DNA from: Octopus sinensis
Lineage: Eukaryota
NCBI RefSeq assembly: GCF_006345805.1
Contig: NW_021835189.1
Location: 1 to 42,805, forward strand
Direction: 5' to 3'
DNA: 42,805 bases
Below, piece by piece: positions 40,244 to 42,805 of the stretch. Under the pieces are notes generated by a model that had not been told where the DNA came from, made no database searches, and saw only the letters and a list, made by a program, of their open reading frames with translations. Each line of letters opens with the position of its first letter. The first letter of the stretch is position 1. The translations under genes were made by a program, and so were the position numbers.

Positions 40244-42805
40244 CAGCATAAACCTAGCCGTCACTGAACTAGCCACTGAAACAAAAAAAAAGCGATATCA
40301 CTGAACTAAATGACTTGATATACGCAGCAGCCACTGCAGCCACAAAAGAAGCTGGATACTCACCCAAACCCGCCCAAACAGGAGTACCACCACCCAAACA
40401 AACCCTGTGGATAAATAACATCCAAAACAAAATTTAAAAAATTAGAAAAGACCTGTCGATTCTTAATGAAATCAGCAAACAATCAACGCTACTGAGCAAC
40501 AAAAAGAGAACAAAAATGCTCCGCAAATATAACATCACAGAAAAAGATTTGCCGGAGATAAAAGAAAAGCTGAAGCAAGATATCCTTGCCAAAGCTCAAA
40601 GGATCCGCCGGTACGAGAAACGCCAACGCTTCTTTGAACAGAACAAAAAGTTCAACTCCAACCCCAAAAAGTTCTACCAAGAACTGGAAAAAAATAAAAT
40701 AGAAGTCACTGCAGCACCAACGGCAGAAGAGTTGGAAGAATTCTGGAGAGAAATATGGTCGGCGAACGAACAGCCAAAAAAAAGGAGTATCAAAATAACA
40801 AACTCGGCATCTGAACAACTTTGGACCTCCATAACAACTGAAGAGGTCACCCAGGCACTGCAAAAACTAAGCAACTGGAAGGCACCTGGGCATGACAAGA
40901 TCCCCAACTTCTGATTGAAATATCTAACAGGAATGCACAAAAAGCTGGCTGAAAACTTTAACAGCATACTAGCAGAGCCAGAGACAATGCCTGAATGGCT
41001 CACGAAGGGGAAAACCATCTTAATTCCCAAATCAAATGAAACAGCAAAACCAGAAAACTACAGGCCAATAACCTGCCTCCCTACTATGTTCAAGGCATTT
41101 ACTGCAGTGATATCGCAAAGGCTGAACAAGCACCTGGACGAAAACAAACTGTTCCCAGAAGAGCAGAAAGGATGCCGCAAGGGCTCATATGGCTGTAAAG
41201 ATCAACTAATGATTAATAAAGCCGTAACTGAAGACAGCCACAGAAAGAAGAAAGGCCTCAGTATGGCCTGGATTGACTACAAAAAGGCGTTTGATAGCAT
41301 CCCCCACACATGGATCCTCGAAACACTAGCCATTAACAAAGTAGCACCAACAATCATAAAATTCATAGAGCACTCTATGAATAAATGGCAAACAGTCCTA
41401 CACCTCCAAACAAAAGAGGGACTCATGAAAACCAAAGACATCCCCATTAGAAGAGGAATATTCCAGGGAGACACGCTCTCTCCACTCCTTTTCTGCTTGG
41501 CACTGTCACCTCTATCTGATATGCTAAATAGAACTGGATGCGGATATAAATGTTACGGCAAAAATATCAGCCACCTTTTATATATGGATGACCTAAAACT
41601 ATACGCTGCAAATGACAAACACTATTAAAGACAGTTCATGGATTTACCAAAGAAATAGATATGAAATTTGGATTAGAAAAATGCGCCAAAGTAACCATGA
41701 AAAGAGGAAAACTAGTTAAGAGTAACAACATCACACTAGATAAAACCAATGAAATAAAAGAATTAGACCAAAGCCAAACTTACAAATACTTAGGAATCCA
41801 TGAACTAGATAAGACACAACACACACAAATGAAAGAGAAAATAAAAAAAGAATATTATAGACGAGTTAGATCGATACTAAAAACAGAGCTCAATGCTAAA
41901 AACAAGATAATAGGTATCAACACTTTAGCTGTCCCAGTTATAAGTTACAGCTACAATATCCTTAACTGGACACGAAATGAACTGTCCAAAATAGATAGGA
42001 AAACAAGAAAAATACTAACAGGATCTAGGATGCATCACCCAAAATCTGACATAGAAAGACTATATATACAACGTATAGAAGGTGGTAGAGGCCTTATACA
42101 GCTGGAAAACTACTATAAAATAACCACCATAGGACTGCAAAAATACCTACTTCAGAAGGAAGGAAAACTGATCCAGATAGCAGCAAAACACGAGCAAAAC
42201 AAAAAACTGTTCTCAGTATTTAAGGAAGCTGACAAATACAAACAAGAAATCATACCACCTAATAAACACGAAGAAGAAGAAGAAGATGATGAAGAAACAA
42301 CAAAAGCTATAAAACAAATGAAATCCAAACTAAAAATAGAACAGCAACGAACCATGATAAAACGATGGCAAGAAAAGCCCCTTCATGGTAAATACTGCAC
42401 TAAACTAAACGCAAAAGAAATAGACAAAGAAAGATCCCAGCAATGGTTGAGAAGCTCAGGACTCAAAGCAGAACAGAGGGATTTTTAATTGCAGCACAAG
42501 ACCAAAGCCTCCCCACCAGAAATTACCAAAAACATGTAATGAAAAGAAATATTACAAGTAACTGCAGAATATGTGGAGATGGACAAGAAACAATAAATCA
42601 TATTATCTCTAGCTGCCCAGTCCTGGCTACGAAGGAATATATTCACAGACATGACAGAGTTGGAACCTACATATATTGGAAGCTATGCCAACATTATGGA
42701 ATAACAACAGAAAAAAGATGGTATAGGCACACACCAGAAAAGGTCACAGAAAACGAGAAAGCAACCATACTCTGGGATATGCCGATACACACAGATAGAG
42801 AAATT
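40244..42805 (+). mobile_element. R4/Dong-like LINE, 5'-truncated, RT plus CCHC plus start of REL, runs off the window end
   Basis: WKAPGHDKI, TILIPK, NYRPITCL, EEQKGCRKG, IDYKKAFDSIPH, GIFQGDTLSPLLF, LLYMDDLKLY, FGLEKC, GGRGL, CRICG..ETINHIISSC, RHDRV. Stops and frameshifts near 40427, 40912, ~41620 and ~42470. 42680-42805 matches 39482-39600. Confidence 0.95.

Overview
AT-rich eukaryotic genomic DNA saturated with microsatellites and decayed transposable elements. The SINE families and microsatellite load suggest an octopod cephalopod, which is an inference. I see no intact recognisable host gene, no rRNA/tRNA gene and no CRISPR array. The first 8 kb is a nest of dead elements: a mariner, L1-Tx1 pieces, and a SPIN/hAT transposase split by a solo LTR with a 4-bp TSD. 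The stretch from 8.4 to 39.4 kb is a mosaic of local segmental and tandem duplications (two paralogous super-units plus a 0.6/3.8-kb tandem array). It is built from Penelope-like (PLE) RT/GIY-YIG, Tx1, R4/Dong-like and SINE fragments. The window ends in an R4/Dong-like LINE tandem separated by (AAT)n. Best signals: (1) a canonical type I hammerhead ribozyme fold at 36414-36510 and a second near-canonical one inside a retrozyme/pLTR-like fold-back insertion at 31615-32435; (2) a SINE tail matching the 3' end of a (GATA)n-embedded Tx1 LINE at 32/42 nt; (3) several fold-back insertions in microsatellites with filled and empty paralogous sites; (4) a candidate three-exon spliced unit repeated in the array. 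Coordinates were read by eye. Element boundaries are approximate unless a junction is quoted. Many 1-bp indels between copies look like long-read error.
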